From an uncultured Acidobacteriota bacterium (lineage in GTDB: Bacteria > Acidobacteriota > Thermoanaerobaculia > Multivoradales > JAHEKO01), in NCBI GenBank assembly GCA_963713825.1, contig CAVQNG010000025.1:512001-576000 (forward strand): a stretch of DNA of 64,000 nucleotides. The letters are read 5' to 3'. The notes under the pieces were generated by a model that saw nothing but the letters and a program-made list of their open reading frames with translations, did not search any database and had not been told where the DNA came from. Positions 38,820-48,959 of this stretch are shown here, one piece after another. The translations under genes were made by a program, and so were the position numbers. Every line of letters begins with the position of its first letter. Positions within the stretch are counted from its first letter, which is position 1.

Positions 38820-40396
38820 AGCGCATCCTGGTTGCCGACCCGTTGCATGGCGCGGGCCTGGAGATCTTGCGGCAGAGTGGTTCAGAAGTTCATCTGCTAT
38901 CGGCCGAGGAACGTTCCGGGCTGGGAGAGATGATCGGCGGTTTCGACGCCCTGATCGTCAGAAGCATGACGCAAGTCGATGCCGAGCTCCTGCGCCAGGG
39001 CAAGAACCTCAAGGTCGTGGGTCGGGCCGGAATCGGCGTCGACAACGTGGATGTGGCAACCGCAACCGAGCTCGGCATCCTGGTCGTCAACGCCCCTACT
39101 GCGAACCTGATCTCGGCGACTGAGCACACGTTCGCACTGCTGCTGGCACTGGCGCGCAACGTGCCAGCCGCCCATCAGTCTCTGTTGGCCGGCGAGTGGG
39201 AACGCAAGCGGTTCCTGGGAATCGAGCTCAACGGTAAGACCCTCGGGCTCATCGGCCTCGGCCGCATCGGGCAGAACGTTGCCTATCGAGCCAAAGCATT
39301 CGGCATGAAAGTCCTGGCATTCGATCCCTATCTGGATGCCTCGGCAGCTCGCCGTCTCGACGTCGAGCTGGCAGAGCTCGACGCGCTCCTGAAGCGGTCC
39401 GACATCGTTTCTGTCCACACGCCGCTTACGGAGCAGACGAGGGGCCTTCTGGACGACGCGTCGATTGCCCGTATGAAGTCGGGGGCCTTGCTGGTGAACT
39501 GTGCGCGTGGAGGGGTTCTGGACGAGGACGCAGCGCTCCAAGCCCTGGAGTCGGGACACCTTGGCGGCTTGGCCTTGGACGTCTTCGAGCAGGAACCTCC
39601 CGTCGTCTCCGAGCTGCTGAATCACCCGAGGGTCGTAGTGACACCGCACATTGGAGCTCAGACCCGAGAAGCACAGGAGAGGGTAGCCACCGAAACGGCA
39701 CGAATGGTGCTCGGAGCCCTGGAAGGGTCTCTGGAGTTGACGGCAGTCAACCTGCCGTTTTCGCCGACCGGCGGGCGTGCTCAGCACTTCGTAGCACTGG
39801 CAGAGCAGCTGGGTTCCCTGTGCACCTCGCTGTTGGGCGCGAGTGTCCTCGAAGTCAAAGTCGAGCTCTGGGGAATGGATGAGGACATTCGGGTGCCCCT
39901 GACCATCGCGGCACTCAAGGGAGCGCTGTCGCCTTTCCTTGGAGAAGCAGTCAACTTTGTCAACGCGGAGAAGATTGCCGAAAGCAGGGGCATCGAGGTC
40001 GTGCGCTCGGTCTATCACTCCTCTGGGGAGTACCCTGAGCTCGTGGGAGTGACACTCAGCGGCGAGAATGGCAGCGTCGAAGTCGCTGGTACCGTGTTCG
40101 GAGACTCCGATCCCCGGGTCGTGCGGTTGGAGGGCTACCGCCTCGAGTTTCGAGCCAAAGGACGTCTCCTGGTCCTCCGTAACAGCGATGTCCCAGGGGT
40201 GGTCGGTACGCTGGGTACATTTCTAGGCGAAGCGGGAATCAACATCGCTGAAATCCACCTGGCCCGCAAGACGGGTGGTGGGGAAGCGTTGGCAGTGCTG
40301 CGTCTCGATCAGGCGCCGCCCGAGGCTACGGTTGCTGCTCTCGAGGCGCTGCCGGAGGTCAGCCGAGTGCAGGTGGTCGATCTGGAGTCAAACTAG
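38816..40396 (+). CDS. serA: D-3-phosphoglycerate dehydrogenase (type I, with ASB and ACT domains)
   Basis: [29 protein letters not shown]-terminal ACT domain. ATG at 38816 overlaps the upstream stop. Confidence 0.93.
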   Translation: MKRILVADPLHGAGLEILRQSGSEVHLLSAEERSGLGEMIGGFDALIVRSMTQVDAELLRQGKNLKVVGRAGIGVDNVDVATATELGILVVNAPTANLISATEHTFALLLALARNVPAAHQSLLAGEWERKRFLGIELNGKTLGLIGLGRIGQNVAYRAKAFGMKVLAFDPYLDASAARRLDVELAELDALLKRSDIVSVHTPLTEQTRGLLDDASIARMKSGALLVNCARGGVLDEDAALQALESGHLGGLALDVFEQEPPVVSELLNHPRVVVTPHIGAQTREAQERVATETARMVLGALEGSLELTAVNLPFSPTGGRAQHFVALAEQLGSLCTSLLGASVLEVKVELWGMDEDIRVPLTIAALKGALSPFLGEAVNFVNAEKIAESRGIEVVRSVYHSSGEYPELVGVTLSGENGSVEVAGTVFGDSDPRVVRLEGYRLEFRAKGRLLVLRNSDVPGVVGTLGTFLGEAGINIAEIHLARKTGGGEALAVLRLDQAPPEATVAALEALPEVSRVQVVDLESN

Positions 40397-40414
40397 CAGC
40401 TGGGAGACTGGGAG

Positions 40415-41491
40415 ATGGCAAGAGTTGGCGTTGCATTTGGCGGTCGAAGCGTCGAGCACCAGGTTTCGATCCGCTCAGCGAGGACGGTCATCGGAGCCCT
40501 CCAGGCGGCAGGCCATGAGGTCGTGCCGCTGGGCATCGCGCAGAACGGCCGCTGGCTCGATCAGGCTGTCTCACAGCGCGCCGTGAATGGTGACATCGAC
40601 AGTCTGGGGGTAGTGGAGGAACCGCTGGCTCCCACACTTGAGAATCTGCTGGATTCCTCGATCGAGGTGCTCTTCCCGGTTGTTCACGGCACCTGGGGAG
40701 AAGACGGTACCTTGCAGGGTCTATGCGAGATGCTGGATCTCCCCTATGTCGGAGCGGGTGTCGGCGCCAGCTCTCTGGCCATGGATAAAGTGCTCTGCAA
40801 GCGGCAGCTCGAAAGCTACGGGCTGCCCGTCGTGGAGTACGGATCGGTCAGCAGGTCGAGTTTCGAGGCCGACCCGGAGCGGGCCCTGAAGGAGCTCCCC
40901 GAGCTGCCGTTCCCGGTCTTCGTGAAGCCCAGCGTCGGTGGGTCGAGCGTCGGTGTTCGAAAGATCGCCGGTCCTGAGGAGCTGCCAGCGGCCATCGCCT
41001 TTGCTCTCGGTTTCGACAACACCGCGTTGGTCGAGAGGGGAGTCTGCGGGCGTGAGCTGGAGTGCTCGGTTCTCGGTGACCAACAGCTGCAGGCTTCGGC
41101 GGTTGGTGAGATCCTGCCGGGCAACCCGTTCTACGACTACGAGGACAAGTACCTTCTGGATGCGGCCGAGCTGAAGATCCCGGCCGATTTGCCGTCGGGG
41201 CTCGCCGAGCGAATTCGTTCCTTGGCGGTGGAATCGTTCGCCGCGGTCGGTGGTCACGGCATGGCTCGGGTGGATTTCCTCCTCGAAGGGGAAACCGGGA
41301 TCTTCATCAACGAGATCAATACTCTGCCGGGCTTTACCAGCATTTCGATGTACCCCAAGCTCTGGGAAGAGGCGGGGCTGTCCCTGCCAGAGCTGGTCGA
41401 CCGCCTGGTCGAGATCGCCATCAGCGTGCACCGCCGTCGTCGGTCCCTCGACCAGGGCATCAAAGACTGGCTCGCACAACTAGAGGGTTGA
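40415..41491 (+). CDS. ddl: D-alanine--D-alanine ligase
   Basis: FGGRSVEH, HGTWGEDG, GSSVG, YDYEDKY, NEINTLPGFT. Confidence 0.95.
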   Translation: MARVGVAFGGRSVEHQVSIRSARTVIGALQAAGHEVVPLGIAQNGRWLDQAVSQRAVNGDIDSLGVVEEPLAPTLENLLDSSIEVLFPVVHGTWGEDGTLQGLCEMLDLPYVGAGVGASSLAMDKVLCKRQLESYGLPVVEYGSVSRSSFEADPERALKELPELPFPVFVKPSVGGSSVGVRKIAGPEELPAAIAFALGFDNTALVERGVCGRELECSVLGDQQLQASAVGEILPGNPFYDYEDKYLLDAAELKIPADLPSGLAERIRSLAVESFAAVGGHGMARVDFLLEGETGIFINEINTLPGFTSISMYPKLWEEAGLSLPELVDRLVEIAISVHRRRRSLDQGIKDWLAQLEG

Positions 41492-41523
41492 AGCGCCCGG
41501 TCGTGCCTCCCGGCCGGTCCTTG

Positions 41524-41681
41524 GGGGCTTGGGGTTGAACCGTCCGTCGTCCCTCCGGCCGACAAAAGCGGTGACAGGCACGTCATTCCATGGGGCGCCG
41601 CACGAGGCTCTCCCCCGTCGTCCTGGGCCTCCGGCTGGAGACCTCGCACGCGGCCTTGCACCTGTGTACCCTCCAAGCCCC
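41524..41681 (-). ncRNA. Candidate structured RNA A (~160 nt)
   Basis: On the minus strand: closing stem GGGGCTTGG/CCAAGCCCC and inner stems ACAGGTGC/GTGCCTGT and GTGCGAGG/CCTCGTGC, which pair fully only with G-U on this strand. Confidence 0.5.
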
Positions 41682-41726
41682 TACTCCTTTAGGCCCCCCG
41701 AAGCCCTTGTTTTTTTGGCGGTGCTA

Positions 41727-41896
41727 GGAGGTTCGTTCGGGTGGTTCGACAGGGGGGCGCCGAGTCGAGCGCAGCGCAAGGTCCAAGATAGGCCACAGGA
41801 GTTGGGGCGCGAATACGAGACGAGGCGGCGGCCCCCCATGGAAGTCTGAGTAGCCGCCGCCGTCCGCCTGCGAACCACCCGGACGGGCCTCTACCA
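41727..41896 (+). ncRNA. Candidate structured RNA B (~170 nt; 6S-like size)
   Basis: ~21-bp closing stem GAGGTTCGTTCGGGTGGTTCG/CGAACCACCCGGACGGGCCTC with G-U pairs, a GGCGGCGGC/GCCGCCGCC hairpin, and an ACCA end. Confidence 0.55.
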
Positions 41897-41935
41897 GATA
41901 TCGGTTCGCTGACGAGAGCCCTGGGCGTGAGTCGA

Positions 41936-42583
41936 TCAGGTGCCGGTCTTCAAGACCGGGTAGTAGCCGAGCTGCCGCAGCTGCCGCTCAGCCTGTTGCG
42001 CTTGCTTCCTGTTTTTGAAGGGTCCCACTAGGACACGGTGCCACCCGCCCTGTGACTGCACTTGGACTTTGGGCTGGCTGGAATGCAGCTCGTGGCGCAA
42101 TTGCTTGGCGTGGGACTTCTCCTGGAAGGCCGCCACCTGCAACCAGAACCCGCCAGGCTGCGCCGCCAACTCTGCGGTCTGGAGGACTCTGAGCTCGATG
42201 GGGGCTGTGCCTGGTCCTAGCATGTCCAGATCTTCGGCTGCCGAGTACGACAGGTCGATGACTCTGCCTCGAACAAAGGGGCCCCGGTCATTGATTCGCA
42301 CCTTGGTTCGCTTGCCGTTGTCGCGATTGCGAACTTCCACGACGGTGCCAAGAGGAAGCGACTTGTGCGCCGCAGTGTGGTCGTACATGTCGTAGGTCTC
42401 ACCACTGGCAGTCGCACGACCGTGAAACCCGGGGCCGTACCACGAGGCGAGGCCGCGCTCGGTGAATCCGACCTGCCCTTCCTGGGCCCGCCTCCCCGTG
42501 GCGCAGGAGAGGCTATGGAGTAGAGAAAGTACGACCAGAATCAGCAGAGGTCCTGGGTTCGTCCCCTGCCGATGGAATCGCAC
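41936..42583 (-). CDS. rlpA: Septal ring lytic transglycosylase RlpA (DPBB + SPOR)
   Basis: ASWYG, TAAHKSLP, INDRGPF, IDLS, C-terminal SPOR domain. Confidence 0.92.
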   Translation of the reverse strand: MRFHRQGTNPGPLLILVVLSLLHSLSCATGRRAQEGQVGFTERGLASWYGPGFHGRATASGETYDMYDHTAAHKSLPLGTVVEVRNRDNGKRTKVRINDRGPFVRGRVIDLSYSAAEDLDMLGPGTAPIELRVLQTAELAAQPGGFWLQVAAFQEKSHAKQLRHELHSSQPKVQVQSQGGWHRVLVGPFKNRKQAQQAERQLRQLGYYPVLKTGT

Positions 42584-42585
42584 CG

Positions 42586-44010
42586 CTAGACCCTGGGCTC
42601 CTCGACCGCGGCTGCCTCGACGTCGGCCAGGGCCGGCTCGACGAACTCGTCGAGGAACTCCGTCACCTGCTCGGCCGAGCGGCCGATGAAGCGCATCGGA
42701 TCGAGACTGGCCTGGACCTCCTCCGGGTCCAGATCGAACGCCGGGTCGGCCAGCACGAGCTCGATCAGTGGGTTGTCTTCGCCTCGGGAAACCGCCTCAT
42801 GTGCCACCATGCTGTGCTTGCGCAGCAGCTCGTGGAGCTCCTGGCGGTCGCCTCCCTGCATCGTGGCGATCATGAGCAAGCTCTCGGTGGCCATGAAGGG
42901 GAGCTCGCGTCCAACATGGAACTTGATACGGTCTTCTCGAACGTTCAAGCGGCCCACCATGCCCGCAGCCAGCGTCAGGATGGCGTCACTCAACAGAAAG
43001 GCATCCGGTATCACCAAGCGACGGTTGGCGGAATCGTCCAGACTACGCTCCAGCCATTGGGTGGCGGCATTCATGGGCCCGTTGAGTCCATCGATCATCA
43101 GCCTTCTCGCCAGAGCACACATCCGTTCCGCCCGAATCGGGTTCCGCTTGTAGGCCATGGCGGAAGAGCCGACCTGGGTCGCATCGAAGGGCTCGGAGAG
43201 CTCACCCATTCCCTGCAGGAGGCGCAGGTCGGTGCCCAGCTTGTGGCAGGACTCGCCTATCCCCGTCAGGGCGGCAAGCACCTGCGAGTCCAGCTTGCGG
43301 GGATAGGTTTGACCCGTGACCGGGAAGCTGCCGGCGAAGCCCAACTTCTCGGCGAAGAGCCTGTCGAGCTCGCGAACCTTGGCGTGATCGCCACCGAACA
43401 GGGTCAGATAGCTGGCCTGTGTGCCCGTCGTGCCCTTGACCCCCCGGCACCGGAAACCCTGCAGAATCGCCTCGACGGCCGCCAGGTCCATCAGGAAGTC
43501 TTGCAGCCAGATACAGGCGCGCTTGCCGACAGTGGTCAGCTGGGCGGGCTGCAGATGAGTGAAGGCGAGGGTAGGAATCGAGCGGGTGCCGCGAGCGAAG
43601 GAAGCCAGCTCGCGGAGGACTGTGGCCAGTCGACTCCTGGTGAGCTCCAGCGCCTCCCGGTTGAGGAGAGCGTCGGTGTTGTCGGTGACGAAGGCGCTGG
43701 TGGCCCCGAGGTGGAGGATGCTGCCCGCGTCACCAGCCTGCTCGGCGAAGTGCCGCAGATGGGCGACGACATCGTGACGTGTCTGGCGCTCGATCTCGGC
43801 GACCCTGTCCAGGTCGAGGTCGCCCACCACTCGCTCGAGATCGTCGAGATGCTGTTGGGTGATGGAGAGGCCCAGCTCCCGCTGGCTGTCGGCCAGGGCG
43901 ATCCACAGCCGCCGCCAGCACAAGTACCGATGGGAAGCCGAGAAGATGTCGGCCATCTCCTGCGACGCGTAGCGTTCGAAAAGCGGATTCTGAGGGGGTC
44001 GATTGGCCAT
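42586..44010 (-). CDS. purB: Adenylosuccinate lyase
   Basis: RHDVVAH, HLGATS, GSSAMAYKRNP. Confidence 0.95.
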   Translation of the reverse strand: MANRPPQNPLFERYASQEMADIFSASHRYLCWRRLWIALADSQRELGLSITQQHLDDLERVVGDLDLDRVAEIERQTRHDVVAHLRHFAEQAGDAGSILHLGATSAFVTDNTDALLNREALELTRSRLATVLRELASFARGTRSIPTLAFTHLQPAQLTTVGKRACIWLQDFLMDLAAVEAILQGFRCRGVKGTTGTQASYLTLFGGDHAKVRELDRLFAEKLGFAGSFPVTGQTYPRKLDSQVLAALTGIGESCHKLGTDLRLLQGMGELSEPFDATQVGSSAMAYKRNPIRAERMCALARRLMIDGLNGPMNAATQWLERSLDDSANRRLVIPDAFLLSDAILTLAAGMVGRLNVREDRIKFHVGRELPFMATESLLMIATMQGGDRQELHELLRKHSMVAHEAVSRGEDNPLIELVLADPAFDLDPEEVQASLDPMRFIGRSAEQVTEFLDEFVEPALADVEAAAVEEPRV

Positions 44011-44106
44011 GATCAGGCATGAATTCTAACAGAGGGAGAAGGGCCTCGAACGGGCTCGGCAGGTCTGCTAGCATCGGCGCGGTCTTGTCCTAGGAGGGAG
44101 TCCACC

Positions 44107-45036
44107 GTGAAAGCCAGAAGCCTGATTTCCGTCGCCGATCTGACACCTGACGAGCTGCAAGGACTCTTCGCTTTGACCGCTCGAGTCAAGAGAGAGCCCG
44201 AGCGCTATCGATCTCGCCTGAGTGGCAAGAGCCTGGGCCTCATCTTCGAGAAGTCATCGACCCGTACGCGAGTGAGCTTCGAGGTCGGGATGTTCCAGTT
44301 GGGTGGGTTGGGGCTCTTTCTGTCGAGCCGCGACCTGCAGTTGGGACGAGGCGAAGCGATCTCGGATACCGCCCAGGTCTTATCTCGATACGTCGATGGA
44401 ATCATGGCTCGAACCTTCGCGCACCAGACGATCGTGGACCTGGCAAAGTACGCCACGATTCCCGTCATCAACGGGCTTTCCGACGACCTCCACCCCTGCC
44501 AGGCATTGGCCGATTTCTTTACCCTGAAGGAAGTCTTCGGCGACCTCATGGGTCGCAAGCTGGCCTATGTCGGTGACGGCAACAACGTCGCCCACTCGCT
44601 GATGATCACGGCGCCCATGGTGGGTATGGACATCGCTGTGGCGACGCCCGAAGGCTTCGAGCCCGACGACGCGTACCTGGAGAAGGCCCGGGCCGGTGCC
44701 ACCGAGGCAGGTACTGACATCGAGGTCACGAACGATCCCGCTGCTGCGGCGGCCGGCGCCTCGGCGGTCTATACGGATGTCTGGGCTTCCATGGGGCAGG
44801 AGGAGGAAGCCGCGCAGCGACTGAAGCTCTTCGACGGCTTCGAGGTCGATGCGGCGATGATGTCGCAGGCGCTGCCGGAAGCCGTCTTCCTCCACTGTCT
44901 ACCCTGTCATCGCGGTGAGGAAGTCTCGGCCGAGGTGGCGGACGGGCCCCAGAGTCGGATCTTCGACGAGGCGGAGAATCGTCTTCACGCCCAGAAGGCG
45001 CTGATGCTCTGGTTGATGGCTGGGGAGAGTCTCTAG
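44107..45036 (+). CDS. argF: Ornithine carbamoyltransferase
   Basis: STRTR, HPCQ, DVWASMG, HCLP, ENR. Confidence 0.95.
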   Translation: MKARSLISVADLTPDELQGLFALTARVKREPERYRSRLSGKSLGLIFEKSSTRTRVSFEVGMFQLGGLGLFLSSRDLQLGRGEAISDTAQVLSRYVDGIMARTFAHQTIVDLAKYATIPVINGLSDDLHPCQALADFFTLKEVFGDLMGRKLAYVGDGNNVAHSLMITAPMVGMDIAVATPEGFEPDDAYLEKARAGATEAGTDIEVTNDPAAAAAGASAVYTDVWASMGQEEEAAQRLKLFDGFEVDAAMMSQALPEAVFLHCLPCHRGEEVSAEVADGPQSRIFDEAENRLHAQKALMLWLMAGESL

Positions 45037-45647
45037 ATTTCGGGTCGCGCCAGTTTTTCCAGAAGGGCACTCCAAGCTCGACCGCGGTGACTCAAGCTAT
45101 CTTTGGCCTCGGGACTCAGTTCGGCGTAGGTCAGCTCTTCTCCCTCGGGTACGAAGATCGGGTCCCACCCAAACCCCTGATCACCACGTGGAGGTAGCAC
45201 CACCCGACCTCGCGTCTCGCCTACGGCAATGATCTCTCGCTCCGGCAGCAGGAGGAGGAGCGCGCACCGGGCCGTGACTCGATCGTCACCCATGGCGATG
45301 GCTGTCTTGGCGATGCCCTCGGCTCCGATCGCGGCGAGCATCCACTTCACCAGCGGTCCCGGGAAGCCCGCCATCGCGGCGAGCTCCAACCCGGTCTCTT
45401 CCACGACCAGTGGTCTTTGCAGGCGTCGATAGGCTTCTGCACCCTTCGCCTCGAGAACCTCGATCAGATCCAGCGACTGGATCTCGGGCAGGTCGAGCTC
45501 GACGGCTGCGAGCTCCGCGCCACACAGACGGCGAGCCTCTGCCAGCTTGCCCTGGTTTCCGGTCACCAGAGCCACACCCTGCAGGACCTCGGTCGCGGCT
45601 CGTCGGAGCTCCTCTTGGCTGTCGGGTCCCAGGTTGAGGTTTGTCAT
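45033..45647 (-). CDS. Non-canonical purine NTP pyrophosphatase (Ham1/RdgB family)
   Basis: TGNQGK, GFPGP, FGWDPIF, SHR. Confidence 0.9.
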   Translation of the reverse strand: MTNLNLGPDSQEELRRAATEVLQGVALVTGNQGKLAEARRLCGAELAAVELDLPEIQSLDLIEVLEAKGAEAYRRLQRPLVVEETGLELAAMAGFPGPLVKWMLAAIGAEGIAKTAIAMGDDRVTARCALLLLLPEREIIAVGETRGRVVLPPRGDQGFGWDPIFVPEGEELTYAELSPEAKDSLSHRGRAWSALLEKLARPEI

Positions 45648-46237
45648 CCTCGGCTGGCAGGCTTCAGCTGATCGATGATCTCATCGACCTGGCGCCGAAG
45701 GTCCTCGAGCGAACCGTTGTTCCACAAGACGTGGTGCGAGGCGTCGCGGCGTTGCTCTCCACTGCCCTGAGCCTCGAGTCTCCGCTGTGCCTCTGCCTCG
45801 TCCATGCCGCGACCCGAGGCCCGAAGCAAGCGAAGCTCAGGATCGGCTTCCACGGTGATGACCAGGTCACACTCGGCATTCAGGCCCGACTCGACCAGAA
45901 GAGTGGCCTCCAGAACCGCGACGGCTTGTGGCGCGGCGAACTCCTCGAATCGATTCCGGACCAGGGGGTGGATGGCCTCTTCCAACTGGCGCCGAGCCTC
46001 GTCGTCAGAAAAGACCAGTTCAGCCAGCCGCGGGCGATTCACGCTGCCGTCCTCGAGGAGGAAGTTCTCGCCGAAGAGGCTCTGGACCCGAGCCGCGCCG
46101 GCTGCGCCCGATCCATAGAGCTCCGCCACAACCCTGTCGGCATCCAGCACTGGAATGCCGGCTTCCTCGAGCCAGCGGCCGACCGTTGACTTGCCAGCCG
46201 CCAGCCCGCCGGTCAGCCCGATGCGCTGTGCACCCAT
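45644..46237 (-). CDS. coaE: Dephospho-CoA kinase
   Basis: GLTGGLAAGKS, DAD, IHP. Confidence 0.93.
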   Translation of the reverse strand: MGAQRIGLTGGLAAGKSTVGRWLEEAGIPVLDADRVVAELYGSGAAGAARVQSLFGENFLLEDGSVNRPRLAELVFSDDEARRQLEEAIHPLVRNRFEEFAAPQAVAVLEATLLVESGLNAECDLVITVEADPELRLLRASGRGMDEAEAQRRLEAQGSGEQRRDASHHVLWNNGSLEDLRRQVDEIIDQLKPASRG

Positions 46238-46244
46238 GGCGCCT

Positions 46245-47180
46245 CTACGATGCAGCCACCGAGATGCCTTGCCGGAGTCTGGCCGCCCGCAATGTGTTGA
46301 CCAGCAGCATGGCGCGGGTCAGCGGCCCGACGCCTCCTGGTACGGGCGTGATGGCCGAGGTCAGGGGAGCAACCCGGGTGAAGTCCACGTCACCAACCAA
46401 CACGGAGCCCTTGTCCTCGAATCGCGTCCGTCGCGCCTCGTCACCCGGGAAGAGCCGCTCGACTTCAGAGGCCTCAGTGATCCGGTTGATCCCGACGTCG
46501 ACAACCACGGCGCCCTCTTTGACGTGCTCGGGGCCGAAGAAGGCCGTCCTGCCGATGGCGCCGATCAGAAGATCTGCAGTTCGGCAAACTGCCGGCAGGT
46601 CCCTGGTGCGCGAGTGGCAGAAGGTGACGGTGCAGTTCTGGCGCAGGAGCAGCGCTCCCATGGGCTTGCCGACGATGGTGCTGCGACCCACGATCACCGC
46701 CTGTTGGCCTTCCAGCGGAATCCCACTGCGGCGCAGCATCTCCATGATGCCGCTCGGGGTTGCCGGCACGAAGCCAGGTTCATCGAGCCAAAGGTGCCCG
46801 ACGCTTTCGGGATGAAAACCGTCCACATCCTTGGCGGGCGACACCCGAGCCAGCGTCAACTTCTCGTCGAGCCCCGATGGCAGGGGTAGCTGTACCAGAA
46901 TGCCATCGATAGCGGGGTCGTCGTTCAGCTCGTCGATGAGGGATAGAAGCTCGTCTTGAGGGCAGTCAGGGGGCCGCCGAATGGTGCGGCTGAGAATCCC
47001 CACCTTTTCGCAGTCGCGGGCCTTCGATCGAACGTAGACCTCGGAAGCTGGGTTCTCACCGATCAACAGGGCCGCCAGGCCGGGCGGGCGTCCTCCACCT
47101 TCGATGAGCTCGGTCACACTTGCCGCCACTTCGCTTCGAATCTGCTTGGCGAGGGCGTTGCCGTCCAAGATCTTCGTCAT
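46245..47180 (-). CDS. folD: Methylenetetrahydrofolate dehydrogenase/cyclohydrolase
   Basis: YVRSK, VQLPLP, KDVDG, TPVPGGVGP. Confidence 0.95.
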   Translation of the reverse strand: MTKILDGNALAKQIRSEVAASVTELIEGGGRPPGLAALLIGENPASEVYVRSKARDCEKVGILSRTIRRPPDCPQDELLSLIDELNDDPAIDGILVQLPLPSGLDEKLTLARVSPAKDVDGFHPESVGHLWLDEPGFVPATPSGIMEMLRRSGIPLEGQQAVIVGRSTIVGKPMGALLLRQNCTVTFCHSRTRDLPAVCRTADLLIGAIGRTAFFGPEHVKEGAVVVDVGINRITEASEVERLFPGDEARRTRFEDKGSVLVGDVDFTRVAPLTSAITPVPGGVGPLTRAMLLVNTLRAARLRQGISVAAS

Positions 47181-47893
47181 GAATCTCGCCTTCCTGTGTA
47201 AAGACACACAATGCCACCGGTCAAATCATGCCAGTGGGCGTCACGGAATCCGACATCCTCCATCCGCCGGGTGAACTCTTCCCGCTGAGGAAATTGCATC
47301 ACCGAGTCGGGCAAATAGGTGTAGGCCGACCCGCGCGGGGAAAGCCAGCCACCGATTCGCGGCAGGATGTTGCGGAAATAGAACAAGTAGGGTTTGCGCA
47401 GGAGGTCGCTGCGCGGCAGGGCGAACTCGAGAATCGCCGTTTCGCCGTCGCTCTCCAAGACGCGGTGCATTTCGCGCAGGGCTGCGTCCAGATCGGCCAC
47501 ATTTCGCAGCCCGAAGGATACGGTTATGGCCCCCAGGCTCTTCGAGGGCAAGGGTAGCTGCAGTGTATCGCTGGCGAACCCGGCGGGCTTCGGAGCTAGT
47601 ATCCGACCGAACTTACGGTGGGCGATCCTCAGCATCGGCACCGAGAAGTCCGCTGCCAGGACTCTCGGGGTCCGCTTGCGGAGAGCCAGGGCCTGGTCGC
47701 CGGTTCCGGCGCAGACATCGAGAACCGGGGCGCCGTTGGCCAGAGTCAGGGCATCGGCGGCCTTGCGTCGCCAGCGTTGGTCCAGATTGGCTGAGAGGAG
47801 GCGATTGAGCAGGTCGTACCGGGGCGCCACGGCGCTGAACATGCGTTCGATCGTCTGGCCACTCTTGTCGACCGGCTGATTGTCGCCCTGCAT
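47177..47893 (-). CDS. menG: Ubiquinone/menaquinone C-methyltransferase (UbiE/MenG)
   Basis: MFSAVAPRYDLLN, DVCAGTGD, FGLRNV, AYTYLPDS. Confidence 0.88.
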   Translation of the reverse strand: MQGDNQPVDKSGQTIERMFSAVAPRYDLLNRLLSANLDQRWRRKAADALTLANGAPVLDVCAGTGDQALALRKRTPRVLAADFSVPMLRIAHRKFGRILAPKPAGFASDTLQLPLPSKSLGAITVSFGLRNVADLDAALREMHRVLESDGETAILEFALPRSDLLRKPYLFYFRNILPRIGGWLSPRGSAYTYLPDSVMQFPQREEFTRRMEDVGFRDAHWHDLTGGIVCLYTGRRDS

Positions 47894-47992
47894 TCGGTGA
47901 GTGTATATTCAAGCGCCAGGAGGGAGAAGCCGGACTCTGAAGGCCGCCACTGCCGACAGGGGCCACCCCTCGATTCGGCTGCCCTGGAGTGC

Positions 47993-48021
47993 TTGACATT
48001 CAAGCAGGGCCTCCTTAATAT
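47993..48021 (+). promoter_or_regulatory. Sigma70-type promoter of the rplM operon
   Basis: TTGACA-N17-TAATAT. Confidence 0.75.
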
Positions 48022-48087
48022 CAGAGGTCCTTTGCCTGGCAAGGGTCGGGCATTTTCTGTCAAGAACGAGAACGAACGAGCGACATC

Positions 48088-48519
48088 ATGAAAACGTATA
48101 GCCCCAAGAAGGGTGAAGTCGACCGCAATTGGTACGTCGTGGATGCTTCTGACCAGACTGTCGGCCGGCTCTGCACGCACGTGGCCCGTCTGCTCACCGG
48201 CAAGCACAAGCCACAGTACGCACCGCACATCGATACCGGCGACTTCGTCATCGTGATCAACGCCGAGAAGGCTGTCTTCTCCGGCCGCAAGGAAGACCAG
48301 AAGGTCTACTACCGGCACAGCATGCATCCGGGCGGCCTGAAGTCCAGGACGGCGGCTCAGATGCGCAGCCAGCGGCCAACCAGGCTGATCGAATACGCGG
48401 TGAAGGGAATGCTGCCCAAGAATAAGCTGGGTCGCCACCAGCTTCGGAAGCTCAAGGTCTATACCGGGGCGGAGCATCCACATCAGGCTCAGCAGCCTGA
48501 AGCGATTTCATTTACTTGA
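48088..48519 (+). CDS. rplM: 50S ribosomal protein L13
   Basis: WYVVDA, GKHKP, VKGMLPK. Confidence 0.97.
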   Translation: MKTYSPKKGEVDRNWYVVDASDQTVGRLCTHVARLLTGKHKPQYAPHIDTGDFVIVINAEKAVFSGRKEDQKVYYRHSMHPGGLKSRTAAQMRSQRPTRLIEYAVKGMLPKNKLGRHQLRKLKVYTGAEHPHQAQQPEAISFT

Positions 48520-48545
48520 AGGATGTAGCCTGGGAGGAGAGAGGT

Positions 48546-48938
48546 TTGAGTGATCTTCAGTATTACGGAACGGGCCGGCGCAAGACGGCTACTGCTCGCA
48601 TCTTCTTGCGGCCAGGAGCTGGCAAATGGACCGTAAACGGACGCGATCTGGAACACTACTTTCCCAACAGGGTGCTGCGCATGGTTGTCAGGCAGCCCCT
48701 GTTGGCGACCGAGACGGATGAGAAGTTCGATATCTATGCGACGGTGATTGGCGGTGGTCCGACAGGCCAGGCCGGTGCCGTTCGACACGGTATCTCCAGA
48801 GCTTTGCTGCAATACAACGGTGAGCTGCGCGAGCGCCTCAAGGCTGCCGGTCTGCTGACCCGCGATTCACGAAAGAAAGAGCGCAAGAAGTACGGGCAGA
48901 AGGGCGCCCGAGCTCGCTTCCAGTTCAGCAAGAGATAG
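48546..48938 (+). CDS. rpsI: 30S ribosomal protein S9
   Basis: [23 protein letters not shown]; TTG start. Confidence 0.97.
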   Translation: MSDLQYYGTGRRKTATARIFLRPGAGKWTVNGRDLEHYFPNRVLRMVVRQPLLATETDEKFDIYATVIGGGPTGQAGAVRHGISRALLQYNGELRERLKAAGLLTRDSRKKERKKYGQKGARARFQFSKR

Positions 48939-48959
48939 GGAATCTGAAGGAGGAGTTCG

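Noticed and set aside
41740-41760. GGTTCGACAGGGGGG as the 5' part of tmRNA
   Set aside because: There is no matching T-arm or convincing tag reading frame, and the segment pairs within a long closing helix instead.
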